Part shown: positions 27,174 through 38,824 of the stretch, in pieces | How positions within the stretch are numbered: position 1 is the first letter of the stretch | How the letters are laid out: each line of letters starts with the position of its first letter | IMG/VR virus record: IMGVR_UViG_3300037297_000386 | Source of the DNA: a virus | Taxonomy: Duplodnaviria > Caudoviricetes | DNA length: 64,000 nt | Reading direction: 5' to 3' (one strand) | Program-made: the position numbers and the translations under genes | The notes under the pieces: generated by a model | Database searches by the model: none | Told to the model about the DNA's origin: nothing | The model's input: the letters and a program-made list of their open reading frames with translations, nothing else

Positions 27174-27266
27174 TTTATTCTCCTATTTTTTACAATCTGT
27201 CATTTTTTTTGTTGACAAAACCTAACTTTGCCGTAATAAAGATCTATGATCACACAAAAAGGGAAA

Positions 27267-30200
27267 TCACTTTTTATAAGAGATAATACTCTCACAATGT
27301 GAAGGTTTAATAACATTAATAAGTTCTTCTAATAGTTCTTCTAAATCTGTATTCCCTATAATCTTGTCAAATGAATCTACTACTTCAACAGAAAATCTAA
27401 AAATACCCCTTTCTGAATTTATAATTGTAGCAAGATATTCTATATCGTTCTCTGTATTATCAAAATTATATATTCCTGTAGTATATATATCTTCTACAAC
27501 TGGTGAAGCAAATTCATGATTTTGTATATAATTAATATCTATAGTATCAGTAGTTGTCCTTTTTATGGATTGTAATCTCTGAAGTTCAGAAAATCTCATA
27601 TTATCTATACGGGCTCTCGCTCCCTTTAATCCATATACATCTGTGCCTATATAAATCTTAGAAAACGTGTCAGTTAAATCTATATTATCTACCAAAAATT
27701 TATTAACACCGGGTCTAACCTCAGCTTGTCCCCATATAATTCCAGTGCCATAAATAAGGCCAGTGCCATATTTTATTGTTCCTCTCTCACTACCATCAAC
27801 AAATAATCTTAATCTATCTTGGTTATTTTCACTATTCATTTTCCACATTGCCATTATTCTATGCCATGTGTGTCGTTTCCATGCCATTGGGACAGAAATT
27901 ATATGTTCAATACCAGATGCTTTCACAAAAAAACATATACGACCATTTGGATCCCTAAACAAACTAACTCTGTCTCCCTGACTATTTAATGGAATATATG
28001 TAATTTTTAATGCTACATTTTGTGCTGGTAATGGTATTCCTAAAGTTATAGTCTTATAATCTACATTTGATACATATCCACCAGTATAATAATTTGTTCC
28101 AGTATTATATATATCTGTTATTAATCTAATGCTTTCCACTTCTCTTATTCTTTGATTAGTAATAACATTTAACGATGAGATAGATTCTATCTCTTCTTCT
28201 ACAACAGCGGACATGTCTATATAATAATGAAAATTTGGGTCACCACGTGAATCATCTAACGGACTTAACCAAAATTCAACAGTTCCTTCTTCAGAATTGA
28301 AAATATAATTAGCATTATTTATTATATATGGTTTATCTTGAACAAACTTGATTGAAGTCCCAAACGAATCATTCACACTAGAAGCTGATTCAAAACCGCT
28401 ATTGTATCTGTCTCTAAACACAGAATCATCGGCCACTTCATCGCCAAAATGCATTAGTAATAGTGTATTTTCATTATTATCTTGGGACTGTGATAAATTA
28501 TAGCTAGTTGTTACAGATGGAACGTTAGAATTAGCAATCTCTCCTGGTCTTGTATCATCAGACATTATATCTATTACTTTAAATTCATCAATAATACCAT
28601 CAAAGTTATTACTACCTGTGTAATCGCTACCAATATAAAAAGTATCTGGAATAGCATCTAACCTGATTCGTAACCTAGAAGGATAATCAACTTCGTACAT
28701 ACATCCATTAAGTATGAATGGTTGTCCAGCTGTTCCATATGTTTCTAATCTGAATATACCATTAGAATACTCAACAACCTCTGCAAAATCACCATTATTC
28801 TCGGATATAGTTATAGGGTTGTATTCTCTAATTTCTATTGACCCAACATATTGTGACGCATCAATTGGAATTACAGATACAGTTATTGAATCAATACTTT
28901 TCCAATATTCATCAGTAATTATTGTGGTGCTTTCTGTAAAAAGTATTGTTTCTTTAACAGCTCCCGAAAATGTCTTGCCTGATATGATTACTTGATTTCC
29001 AGGAATATTATAGTTAAAATTGTCACCGGAAAGTTTAACAGACAGTTTCCTACCAGATGATTGATTACTTGGTTGACAGACATTATCAAAGTAGGACTGC
29101 AACATTGTTACAAGCTGTGCCCCAATTATAGTACCAACTAAACCAAATCCACCACCAGCTTTAATCAAAGTTCTATCTAATATTATAGCAGTTATTTTAA
29201 CATCACCAAGTGATACTGGTGCAGACGAATTCAGTCTTATCTCATCATAACCGCCATCATATACATATACTTTTTCTTTACATCTCTGTAATACTAACCC
29301 TAATGGACGAATTATTACTGAGTCTCCAGTAGAGACTCCATTATTTATTGTAATTACGTGTGTATTATTTCCACCTCTTCTGACAGAATAATCTGGATAT
29401 TCTGCATCAACGCCATACAATTCTGTTTCATTACCGTCTGAATCAACCGATATTACCACAAAATCTTGTATATTTACTGGTGTCGACACAGTAGATGTTA
29501 ACGAATTAATACTATATTGTAAATTGCCGAGTGTTAGTGTAAATGCTCTATTTAATGTTAATGTGGTAGTTCCAACACCTGTTATTGTGTATGGTGCACC
29601 AAAATTGGGTTCTCCTATCCCATCTGCGGTTTCATCTAATAAATATAATTGATGACCAATCTGTATTCCAATTTCTGTGAAATCTGATGATGGTGAATAA
29701 AATATCTTAGATCCTGAAACCGTTGAACCATCAATTCCGCCGACAATTGGGTTAACAGATGACATCGTAATAATCTCTTCGGCAATATTACCAAAATCAT
29801 AAGATGAGTTAGCTTTCGGGTTTCCACCATATTTAAAGAGATTTGTGACTTCTTCTCCATCGACAAACATATGTATTTCATCTTGTTCATCTGAAGAATT
29901 AAATTTCCAAGAGATTGCTATGTGATGTAGCAGGTTAGCTTGCCAATCTCTAATATTTTTTGAAATATTGTACAAGCCGGCGTGTTTACCATATTTAAGT
30001 CTATTATCAAATACCTGAAAATTTAAGTACCCTGTTCCATCTTTGAATAAAGACATTCTGTTTGTTGCTGAATCTTCAGCAATATCAAAAATATAATGTA
30101 ATTTTCCAGATGAAAAAGATATACCATCTACATAATATGGAGAAGATCCGCCTATATCATCTACATCATCTATAAAAGCTGTAAAACTAATGCCATTAGT

Positions 30201-33200
30201 TGTGCTCGTTATAACATCTGTAATTTCATTTATTTCATATCCATCTGGGCCGGTTGGCTTTGCGATATTAAAAAACTCTCCATCAGTTGAAATTGATCCA
30301 GTAAATTCTACTATATTATTAGCATTTTCACGCCAACGAACATTCCATAAATCTGTGAATTCATCAAACCAAATAAAAAACCCAGTATCATTATTAATAT
30401 TAGAAGGTTCTCCAGATACAGAAATGTCACTATTGTTTATAGATAAAGTAAATGGCATTTCAACTGGATTTGCACCAGAAAAACCAATATATATACTAGA
30501 TAAATCTTCATACCCATCTATAAGTAAATTCGAGAATGTTAGACTAGCATCATTTGAAAGCCCCTTCCAATTTGGCCGTATCCAAGTTTCCAACGTACCT
30601 TCATCTAATCTAAGATGAGCTAAAGCTGGAACTTGAATATTGTTATCCGAAATAATAGCACCATTATCAAATTTACCAAGATCGAATGTCTGATTACTAT
30701 CATAAATAGGACTGCGCAAATGCAGATTATCCCTTCCAAGAACCCAATTATCAAAGGCAGCTTCATTTATGTTTGGAGTTACATCAGTAAAAGATTCGAC
30801 TAACCTCTCTAATGACGGAATTGTTGGTCCTTTAATAAATGATTGAAGAGCACCTCCAACAATTGACCTATATATTTCTCTATCTAAATTAGGTGAAAAT
30901 GTTGTAAGTTGGTCAATTTGTGTAAGTGATCCAAAGTTTGATAATAGTGACTCTCGAAGAGCACCATATTTGTAGGTTATATAGTATTCATCACCATTAT
31001 TTAATGAATCACTAATACTCCAGTCTAAACTATTAGCGCCATATTCATACGATATTATTAGCTCATCTTGTAAATATCTATAATCTATAAATAAATTTCC
31101 TGGATTGTAATCTACAATAATCGCATCGCCAACTTTCAATGGATTACTATTCCCAAGTGTAATAACATTACCATCAATTGAATCACGATTAATATCAAAA
31201 TATCCATCTAAATCTTCTGCTGGCAATGTGCCTAATTGTGTTACGGTATAAATATTTTTTACTGATACAATATCATGTCCAAGAGTAATAGTTTTTGGTG
31301 AATTAGAAGATATGTCTACTATCGTCCATATTCTGCCGTTTTTAGTATAATTAAAACTTTGAGATACAGTTATTTCATGGTCGTTAATTATATTTGTTAT
31401 TTCTACTTCTTGTACTGGTGTTTGAGATGATGACCCAACTATTAATATCCTTCCTATATCATCTGACGTAAATACACCACTATTAGATACAAAAGAATAG
31501 GATCCATTTAATGTTATTCCATCTTCGCCACTTTGGTGTGTACCAATCAATAATGTGCGTGTTGAATTATTATTTATAAACCGTTCCCCTACTTGTTCTA
31601 ATCCAACAATATTTGCAGTTGTATCGGTAATATTTCCTATATTGTATGTATTAACATTGATTTCTGAAGAACTCTTACTCCGATATATATTGTTAACATT
31701 CAAAATATGATCATTTACGGTATCGACACAAGAATACTGATAACTTATATCACCAAGATCGGTTCCTTCATCAGATGTAACAGCGACATATACAATTCCA
31801 TTTGTATAATCAATTATATAGTCTCCAATTTTCTGTAATTTATTAATATTTGTATTAACATTTGTGTATAATCTGTTTTCGTAGAAAAATTCTCTAATAA
31901 ACAAATCTGTTCTGGAAAATATCACTGATGTATTAAAATTGGCACCAACAAATCTATTTTGACTATCGGATATTCCATTGTTGGATAAATCTATTTTAAA
32001 AATTCTAATACTTGATGAATTTGTTAGTTCATCGGACACCAATAATATTTCTTGTGGAACCCGAGAAAAAGTAACACGTTCCCTAGTTACATCACGTTGT
32101 CTTGGGGCATTCCTACCGGAAAAAGAAACAGATGTGTTATTAAAGCGATCTAAAGTATATAACTCACCAGTTGTTTCGTTTAAAATTCTAAAGACATCTG
32201 TTACGGGGAAATGGTTAGTTTCAATTTTAAAAGAGTCAATTAATTTATTATTAACCCTTTCATTAAGAACCTCAACATGAGATAATACATTATAATCTGT
32301 TCCTTCAGCAAATGTATCTTCATAACTAAATGTTATCTTAGCTTCAATTCCAGAAATATTTCTAGTAGATCTTATTGCTATTTCATCTCTATCACTATTA
32401 AATGTATAATCCAAATCTTCGGAAAATATTTCACGATATGTATAGTTAGCAACAGGAGCGTTTTCACCAGTACCAGAATTATGTTCATCTTCACCATATA
32501 CATACACTTCACCAGTGTTATGGTTTATTGTATATTCCCCAACTTTTGATGGCAATCTAGTTATATCGTAAGGTAATTCTTTTTTGAAGGCTGGGTGTAC
32601 AGTTGTAAATGCAAGCTTCCCATTAGATGACTGTGTGTTGAGAAATTCTACAGAATTTGTGGAAGCTATTTCATCCAATTGTGTAACTATTGGAGCATGG
32701 TTAAGCGAAAATTTGTTTATAACTGGAGGCGTAGCTTCACGTACAACATTTTTCATTCGTGTAAATAAAATAGATTCTGTGTCCACATCGCGTCCTAATT
32801 TTTTATATATATATGATATATATATTTCATCCCCAGATCTTGGGATTAAAAATCCGCCTTCCGATCCAGTAACTGAGCTTAATGATAGTTCTATTTCATT
32901 ATCATCAAAATTTACATTACTAGATGCAGAATTTGTATCATACCTATTGTTTTTCAATGTATACCCAAATCTTTCTATATCATACTCAATATATTCTCCA
33001 TCTCTAAATAGGGAAACCGAAATAACCTGAATAACTGGTAAATTTGATACCTTGATATTGAGTCCATTAAAATGATTTGTAATATCTATATCATCAGTAA
33101 TTTTTTCATTTATAACATCAATAGACTGTAAACTTATGGGATCGGATGTAACGGTCGACACTATTGAGTTTACTATTGTAGAACTCCTAATTTTAAAAGA

Positions 33201-33827
33201 TTGAGATCTATTCGCATTAAACTCAATATATGTGATTTTGTTGGACCCAGTAGGCGTTCTAGCAACACGAAGTATTTCAAAGGCGCCACCATTATCTAAT
33301 TTGTCTATTGGACCATCATCTCTTTCTTTTAATTCATCTGTCACTAGAACAGATAAATAATTACCTGAACGTACAGTTTCTATAGAATCTCTTGCTTTTT
33401 GTAATTCGTCAGCAGTAGATGAAATTAAATCTCTAACTAGCGTTGTTTCTCCTGTCTCATACAAAGTAGAAACATCATTAAACATTGCATCTCTAATATC
33501 ATTTTGTTCTTCCCCAGGACTATTAAAAAAGAATGAATTTCTGTTACCATCCTCAGTAATTATTTCTCCATTAACTGTTTGAAAAGGAGTAGTATTGGTA
33601 CTACTAAATGTTATTTTATATTGAACGTTTGGGAACAATGGTCGAAATGTTATTTTTACTATATCATTTTCAACGCTAACAGATTTTATCTCTGGGTTGT
33701 TAATGCTATCAATTCCAGACACAATAGATATATTATTGACACCGATATTTGTGTCTACATCATCGTTAAATAGTATCTGTATACTTGATACCGTCAGTTC
33801 AAGTGTACGCACATAAGCAAAAGCCAT
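27267..33827 (-). CDS. Giant baseplate wedge protein (gp7/gpI-like) with LamG/concanavalin-like domains
   Basis: Follows baseplate J; EGTLETWIRP, HHIAISW..MFVDG, FDGIIDEF, EGTVEFW, WHRIMAMW..LFVDG, IDNMRFS; C-terminal INVIKPSH like Tail_P2_I. Confidence 0.7.
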   Translation of the reverse strand: MAFAYVRTLELTVSSIQILFNDDVDTNIGVNNISIVSGIDSINNPEIKSVSVENDIVKITFRPLFPNVQYKITFSSTNTTPFQTVNGEIITEDGNRNSFFFNSPGEEQNDIRDAMFNDVSTLYETGETTLVRDLISSTADELQKARDSIETVRSGNYLSVLVTDELKERDDGPIDKLDNGGAFEILRVARTPTGSNKITYIEFNANRSQSFKIRSSTIVNSIVSTVTSDPISLQSIDVINEKITDDIDITNHFNGLNIKVSNLPVIQVISVSLFRDGEYIEYDIERFGYTLKNNRYDTNSASSNVNFDDNEIELSLSSVTGSEGGFLIPRSGDEIYISYIYKKLGRDVDTESILFTRMKNVVREATPPVINKFSLNHAPIVTQLDEIASTNSVEFLNTQSSNGKLAFTTVHPAFKKELPYDITRLPSKVGEYTINHNTGEVYVYGEDEHNSGTGENAPVANYTYREIFSEDLDYTFNSDRDEIAIRSTRNISGIEAKITFSYEDTFAEGTDYNVLSHVEVLNERVNNKLIDSFKIETNHFPVTDVFRILNETTGELYTLDRFNNTSVSFSGRNAPRQRDVTRERVTFSRVPQEILLVSDELTNSSSIRIFKIDLSNNGISDSQNRFVGANFNTSVIFSRTDLFIREFFYENRLYTNVNTNINKLQKIGDYIIDYTNGIVYVAVTSDEGTDLGDISYQYSCVDTVNDHILNVNNIYRSKSSSEINVNTYNIGNITDTTANIVGLEQVGERFINNNSTRTLLIGTHQSGEDGITLNGSYSFVSNSGVFTSDDIGRILIVGSSSQTPVQEVEITNIINDHEITVSQSFNYTKNGRIWTIVDISSNSPKTITLGHDIVSVKNIYTVTQLGTLPAEDLDGYFDINRDSIDGNVITLGNSNPLKVGDAIIVDYNPGNLFIDYRYLQDELIISYEYGANSLDWSISDSLNNGDEYYITYKYGALRESLLSNFGSLTQIDQLTTFSPNLDREIYRSIVGGALQSFIKGPTIPSLERLVESFTDVTPNINEAAFDNWVLGRDNLHLRSPIYDSNQTFDLGKFDNGAIISDNNIQVPALAHLRLDEGTLETWIRPNWKGLSNDASLTFSNLLIDGYEDLSSIYIGFSGANPVEMPFTLSINNSDISVSGEPSNINNDTGFFIWFDEFTDLWNVRWRENANNIVEFTGSISTDGEFFNIAKPTGPDGYEINEITDVITSTTNGISFTAFIDDVDDIGGSSPYYVDGISFSSGKLHYIFDIAEDSATNRMSLFKDGTGYLNFQVFDNRLKYGKHAGLYNISKNIRDWQANLLHHIAISWKFNSSDEQDEIHMFVDGEEVTNLFKYGGNPKANSSYDFGNIAEEIITMSSVNPIVGGIDGSTVSGSKIFYSPSSDFTEIGIQIGHQLYLLDETADGIGEPNFGAPYTITGVGTTTLTLNRAFTLTLGNLQYSINSLTSTVSTPVNIQDFVVISVDSDGNETELYGVDAEYPDYSVRRGGNNTHVITINNGVSTGDSVIIRPLGLVLQRCKEKVYVYDGGYDEIRLNSSAPVSLGDVKITAIILDRTLIKAGGGFGLVGTIIGAQLVTMLQSYFDNVCQPSNQSSGRKLSVKLSGDNFNYNIPGNQVIISGKTFSGAVKETILFTESTTIITDEYWKSIDSITVSVIPIDASQYVGSIEIREYNPITISENNGDFAEVVEYSNGIFRLETYGTAGQPFILNGCMYEVDYPSRLRIRLDAIPDTFYIGSDYTGSNNFDGIIDEFKVIDIMSDDTRPGEIANSNVPSVTTSYNLSQSQDNNENTLLLMHFGDEVADDSVFRDRYNSGFESASSVNDSFGTSIKFVQDKPYIINNANYIFNSEEGTVEFWLSPLDDSRGDPNFHYYIDMSAVVEEEIESISSLNVITNQRIREVESIRLITDIYNTGTNYYTGGYVSNVDYKTITLGIPLPAQNVALKITYIPLNSQGDRVSLFRDPNGRICFFVKASGIEHIISVPMAWKRHTWHRIMAMWKMNSENNQDRLRLFVDGSERGTIKYGTGLIYGTGIIWGQAEVRPGVNKFLVDNIDLTDTFSKIYIGTDVYGLKGARARIDNMRFSELQRLQSIKRTTTDTIDINYIQNHEFASPVVEDIYTTGIYNFDNTENDIEYLATIINSERGIFRFSVEVVDSFDKIIGNTDLEELLEELINVIKPSHCESIISYKK

Positions 33828-33828
33828 A

Positions 33829-36800
33829 TTATCGTTCCTCTACCTCTATAGTAACTGTTCCAGCATCTAAATACTGATTTTTTTCTGCAGTAACACTTAA
33901 CAAATTTCCACTGTTTCCGACACTAAAATTAATAATTCTTACGCGATCAATTCCATTAACTGAATACAATTTATTAATAACATCAGACGCATCCACTGTT
34001 GTTCCAAGACTACTAGCTGTCAGAAAACTTGTTACAGCTTCTATAGCATCTTGTACCACTGTTAATGACTGAGTTTGGTATTCTGATAATAACACAATTT
34101 TTGAATATACATTAATAATAACCGGCTCAGCAATTTTCACTAAGACGTCAGCAGTAATAGGCCTGACATTTTCAATAGCATTGGTAGCATCATTTGCCAA
34201 GGTATTATGATTAAATGTAACTGTTATACGTTCATTTTCCTTAGGTGCGGTATAATCATAGCTTACATTATATACTGTATTATTAACAGGTTGATTAAAA
34301 TTTGACACAGTTATATTTCCAGATATACTGCCAGAAGAATCTTTGAATCCTGATGCAAGTGATACTCTGCTTATATCTATAAAATATTTATCAGTAATAT
34401 GTGTTCCATCTTTTGAAAAATATAATTGTTCATAATTATTAGTATAAATATAATAGAATGTTGCTCGAACAATATCTCCAGTATTCAATCTAGCTTCAAC
34501 ATTTTCGGATGTTTGTGGTAAGACTACTTTCGTCTTACTGATAGATGAATTTTCTAGTGACACATCTAAATCATACGAATTATTTTTAAGATAATAATTT
34601 ACTATATCATAATTATTATCTATATAATCTACTTGGCCAGAATTATCTAGTAGTACTCTTTCTAGACTAACTAACTTCATAATCTGAATATTTGACGATA
34701 TTGAGGTTGTATTTAGATCTGTCTTAATTGCTGACTGCAAATCTATTTCGTATCCGGATCCAGATGTTACAACTACTAATGCGTCCGTTACTTTATGTAC
34801 AGTTGTACCTGATATAGTTATTATTCCTTCTGACGGAATTGATGAAACAGCCACTTTAATGTTGGATCCGGCTCGGCGTAGATTGCTAGTGAAATTATTA
34901 TCATCATCAATTAAATTGGATGTTGGCTGTTCCCCACTCACTTCTCCGGCTACTAGAAATTTATTATTATTTTTAGTGAACGGTAAATTACTTAATTCAT
35001 CTTCTGGAACTAGAGTTAATACATTTGCTATGTAATTAACCAAAACACTGGTGCCGAACGATGTCACATTTTCTGGTAATATTATCGTTGTACCAGTAAA
35101 TGTACCTTCATTATACCCATCTGGAGCAAACATGTCAGATGCATTGAATCTAACCTTTACTGTATCACCATCTTCTGCAATTGAATCGGTTGGCAACACA
35201 ATGGCTGATGTGCCAGATAATGTTCCACCTCTAGCATCTGTATTAAACAATTCTGCATTATCTGATATTCGTCTTATGTCGACAACATTTGTTACTGTAT
35301 CATTTGTAGTTACCGTACCATTACTAATATTAGTAATACTAGTATCGAATGAATTTACTGATAATACTTTGAATATTGGGTGTGTAACTGTAATAGCCAA
35401 ATTACCATAGCCATCATCTACAACGGTTGACGGCTCGTTCTTTACTAAATTACCAAAGCCCCAATCAACAGAATCTTGAACCCGGCGAGACTCATTATAG
35501 TTACCTAGGCTATCGAAATCAAACACATTATCAAAGTTTTTAACCCATGTATAATCTACTTGCAATATATCAGTACCAACTGGAAGTGTACTACCGCTGA
35601 TCATAATTTTCCCAGTAGTGTTTAAACCACCTTCTTCACCATCCGGGTTTTGATATTCAACAATATATCTTTCTCCAGTTGTAAGATTTACTATCCTACT
35701 AACATTTCTGATTGGAGTATGACGTAATGTAACATAACTTCTATTAGATGTACTTGTAATAGAATTTTCATTAGTAACTAAATAATCCTGAGTTATGTCC
35801 CTAATTTCACCTACATCCGAAAAATTTAATGAATCTATTCCATTGAAAACACCTTTTGTAACGTTTTCATTATCTAATTCAATATAATCTGATACCCAAT
35901 GTAATTTATCAAAACCAAACGGACTACCACTAAAATTTCCCGTGTCCGTTACAAGTTCATAATTACCATGTTCGCGGCCTTGTTCATCAGTATACTTTTC
36001 TACAAAATTAGCACCCGAAGAACTGCCACTAACGCTAATTATATTATCAATTGGTTGATATGGTAAATCATTAGAAGAAATTAAAGTAACCCGGCGTTGG
36101 GCAGCATTCAGTGTTGTATCTTGCCCTTTTTGTCCTAATATGTAATCATTGGATGGATCGGTTGGATCATTTTTACCACTTTGATCATTAAATATAAATG
36201 AATCTATCTGACTTTCTAAATTACTACCGAGAATATATATATCTACTTTCCCACCACTACCAGGGTCAGATACAACCAAATTCCCATCACTATTTGTTGA
36301 AACTTGTGTGCCATCCCGAATTAATAATGGATCCCCAGGAACTACTATTTCTGAATCTAATATACCAGGAACAATACCAACAGCATTTGTATAACCGAGA
36401 GATGTTCCGGTATTACTGCCAGCAAAAATACTAAGAATACGGGATCTAAATTCATCATCACTCTCAGAATTACTACCTCCACTGAACGAATTTAGATTAG
36501 TTACATTTGAGATAGAATCTATATTATGTGATGTGATAGAGAATCTACCAATATTTCCAGAAGTACCTGCAGTTAGTGATTGAACAGTAATTTCTACAGC
36601 AAATTCATCTGTAATACCAGCAAGTTCAAGATCGGCGCGTAAACGGGTAGCTGTAGCTCTATACACATTAGCATTAGTTGCAGTCATAATTACGTTTTCC
36701 TGGGTAGCAAAATTAACGCCATTACGTGCAGTAACTATAGATCCGCTGGAAATTAGTATATCTACATCCATATTGTTTGTAGTAAATACCACAGTCCCAC

Positions 36801-37059
36801 TAGCGCTACCGCCACTAATGCGAGAGACACTATAGTTAGATGCCAATTTGTTTAGATCTGTCCCAGATATAGAAAATATTGATGATAAATTTGATATAGT
36901 TCTAAGTTGTGAATATAAATTAGCGATTTGTTGGGATGGTGTGTCCACAAAAACATCACGCGATACCGTTCCAGGTTTTGTATCTAGCTCAGGTTGTACA
37001 AGTCGCAAATATTCTATAGCTGATATAACCAAATCGTTAAAAGATTTAAAAATAGCCAT
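33829..37059 (-). CDS. Baseplate J-like wedge protein (gp6/gpJ)
   Basis: DTKPGTVSRD, VVFT, GTSGNI, FSGGSNSESDDEFRSR, GGKVDIYI; C-terminal GTTVDASDVI...GIDRV. Confidence 0.85.
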   Translation of the reverse strand: MAIFKSFNDLVISAIEYLRLVQPELDTKPGTVSRDVFVDTPSQQIANLYSQLRTISNLSSIFSISGTDLNKLASNYSVSRISGGSASGTVVFTTNNMDVDILISSGSIVTARNGVNFATQENVIMTATNANVYRATATRLRADLELAGITDEFAVEITVQSLTAGTSGNIGRFSITSHNIDSISNVTNLNSFSGGSNSESDDEFRSRILSIFAGSNTGTSLGYTNAVGIVPGILDSEIVVPGDPLLIRDGTQVSTNSDGNLVVSDPGSGGKVDIYILGSNLESQIDSFIFNDQSGKNDPTDPSNDYILGQKGQDTTLNAAQRRVTLISSNDLPYQPIDNIISVSGSSSGANFVEKYTDEQGREHGNYELVTDTGNFSGSPFGFDKLHWVSDYIELDNENVTKGVFNGIDSLNFSDVGEIRDITQDYLVTNENSITSTSNRSYVTLRHTPIRNVSRIVNLTTGERYIVEYQNPDGEEGGLNTTGKIMISGSTLPVGTDILQVDYTWVKNFDNVFDFDSLGNYNESRRVQDSVDWGFGNLVKNEPSTVVDDGYGNLAITVTHPIFKVLSVNSFDTSITNISNGTVTTNDTVTNVVDIRRISDNAELFNTDARGGTLSGTSAIVLPTDSIAEDGDTVKVRFNASDMFAPDGYNEGTFTGTTIILPENVTSFGTSVLVNYIANVLTLVPEDELSNLPFTKNNNKFLVAGEVSGEQPTSNLIDDDNNFTSNLRRAGSNIKVAVSSIPSEGIITISGTTVHKVTDALVVVTSGSGYEIDLQSAIKTDLNTTSISSNIQIMKLVSLERVLLDNSGQVDYIDNNYDIVNYYLKNNSYDLDVSLENSSISKTKVVLPQTSENVEARLNTGDIVRATFYYIYTNNYEQLYFSKDGTHITDKYFIDISRVSLASGFKDSSGSISGNITVSNFNQPVNNTVYNVSYDYTAPKENERITVTFNHNTLANDATNAIENVRPITADVLVKIAEPVIINVYSKIVLLSEYQTQSLTVVQDAIEAVTSFLTASSLGTTVDASDVINKLYSVNGIDRVRIINFSVGNSGNLLSVTAEKNQYLDAGTVTIEVEER

Positions 37060-37072
37060 TGCGTGTCTCCAA

Positions 37073-37501
37073 TTATAATTCTAATGAAAATATTTCTTCT
37101 ATTTTTGTTAATCGTCTGGAATATACCTCAACCCTTATCTTTATCTGTCGTGGATCGCTTGGATCTCGATATACATCAATATTTCCTATACTATTTATAA
37201 GTTCAGCCAAACTAACCTTTTGAGTTGTTTGTTGTTGCTGTTGTAATTTTTTTAATTTATCTAAACTCTGAAATATACTAGTGCGTATATCATTTAAAAT
37301 TATATTATCTGGCAAATTTTTACCTATTATATTGTCTGATAATACGCATCCATACCATGGATGAAATCTGTTTGACCCAAGTAATGTTATTAATATCTTT
37401 AAAATATCTTGTCTGAGCTTATCTGTGTCTTGAACAGTTTTTATACTACCATCGGATATAATTTTCAAATCACCATTAATAAGTGCCAAATCGAATGACA
37501 T
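37073..37501 (-). CDS. gp25/GPW-like baseplate wedge protein
   Basis: DLKI..DG, LRQDILKILIT.LGSN.FHPWYG, DPRQIKIRV; immediately precedes baseplate J. Confidence 0.8.
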   Translation of the reverse strand: MSFDLALINGDLKIISDGSIKTVQDTDKLRQDILKILITLLGSNRFHPWYGCVLSDNIIGKNLPDNIILNDIRTSIFQSLDKLKKLQQQQQTTQKVSLAELINSIGNIDVYRDPSDPRQIKIRVEVYSRRLTKIEEIFSLEL

Positions 37502-38824
37502 TTATTGTTCTCCTTCTGAATATCTATTACGTACTTTGTCTTCATGTTTAATAGTTTTTATGTATCCAGATAATTCATCAAATATTTTAGTAATTTCAGT
37601 TTGTAATTTATTAATTGACTCACTTAAGCCTTTAGCATTTGTTACAGCAGGAAGATTTTGTCCTTTTATATCTTTCAATCTGTCTTGCGATTTTTTATTC
37701 AACAAACCCGTCAAATATGTTGAGTCTAATTCAAAAAGTGCAATTATTGTAACTAATATATCAATTCCAGAGATTCCACTAAATGTTCCGAACATAAGAT
37801 CCATAGATCTAAATATTTCTTTAATTTCCAAGTGAACCTTATCTTGCTGAATATTAAGATTGCGTCTCTGTTTCTTGGTCCTATTTTGGGGAACTAACAT
37901 TTCAAGGAATAAATCAACCAAACCTTCCCCTTGTAAATTACGAGTATCAAGGTTTATATTGTCGTCGAACTGAAATAAAGATAAAACAGAATTTTGAAAA
38001 CTTTCTTTTATTGTTTGTTGATTTATTCTGTAATCTAATAGTCCAATTTGTTCATCAATACTTTGCATACTTAGGTTTTGCTGCGCAATATTAGGAACGT
38101 TAGGAATAACAACTTTTCCACTTAATCCTCTTAAATAATTTATCTTTTGAACAGTTCTTTCAAATGTATGAGAGACAGTATACAAGGTTTTGCGCAACCT
38201 TATCGATGCATTATTGCTTAGGTCTCCTAATGCAATATTTTGAAAAGCAGCACTTGTGTTGACCTGTTTAGAACTATCAATAGAATTTTCCCCTTTCAAT
38301 TTAAAATATAATATTGATTCTATGAATGGTTTTTTATATTTTATCATCTCATGCTTTAAATCTCTATTCGACATAAAAGCTCCGCCAACTCGTCTACTCT
38401 GTGGAAATATATTTATTCTACCATCCACAATCATAGGAAATAATACTCCACGATATCTATAATTGCTTTCATTTTTTGATAAACTAGATTTAATATTTTG
38501 TCTATTTAAATCTAAAAAGTTATTAATTTCTTCATTTGTCGCCTTTCTATCGAATAATCCGATACGTTCATCTAAATCAGCCTTATATGAAATAAAATTC
38601 AAATTATTGATATTTCCATTGTTAAATTCATCTGTTTTTCCATCAATCCAATCTCGTTCATTTTCTGGAATGACAGTCGGAAGGCCAAGAGCCCTATAAA
38701 AAGCATTAATTCTAGATTCATTTGGTTTAGTACCTGACTTACCAAATGACCTTAACGAATCTATATAACGAATAGCTCGAACAGAAAAGTTTTCAAAGTT
38801 GAAATCATTATTTTGATTAGACAT
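37502..38824 (-). CDS. Hypothetical protein in the baseplate module
   Basis: 440-aa mainly helical ORF between the hydrophobic protein and gp25. Confidence 0.6.
   Translation of the reverse strand: MSNQNNDFNFENFSVRAIRYIDSLRSFGKSGTKPNESRINAFYRALGLPTVIPENERDWIDGKTDEFNNGNINNLNFISYKADLDERIGLFDRKATNEEINNFLDLNRQNIKSSLSKNESNYRYRGVLFPMIVDGRINIFPQSRRVGGAFMSNRDLKHEMIKYKKPFIESILYFKLKGENSIDSSKQVNTSAAFQNIALGDLSNNASIRLRKTLYTVSHTFERTVQKINYLRGLSGKVVIPNVPNIAQQNLSMQSIDEQIGLLDYRINQQTIKESFQNSVLSLFQFDDNINLDTRNLQGEGLVDLFLEMLVPQNRTKKQRRNLNIQQDKVHLEIKEIFRSMDLMFGTFSGISGIDILVTIIALFELDSTYLTGLLNKKSQDRLKDIKGQNLPAVTNAKGLSESINKLQTEITKIFDELSGYIKTIKHEDKVRNRYSEGEQ

Noticed and set aside
27212-27240. Sigma70-like promoter on the + strand (TTGACA at 27212)
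   Set aside because: The -10 match is poor (TAATAA/AATAAA) and it points antisense; TTGACA is also part of a TGTCA...TGACA inverted repeat. Not supportable.
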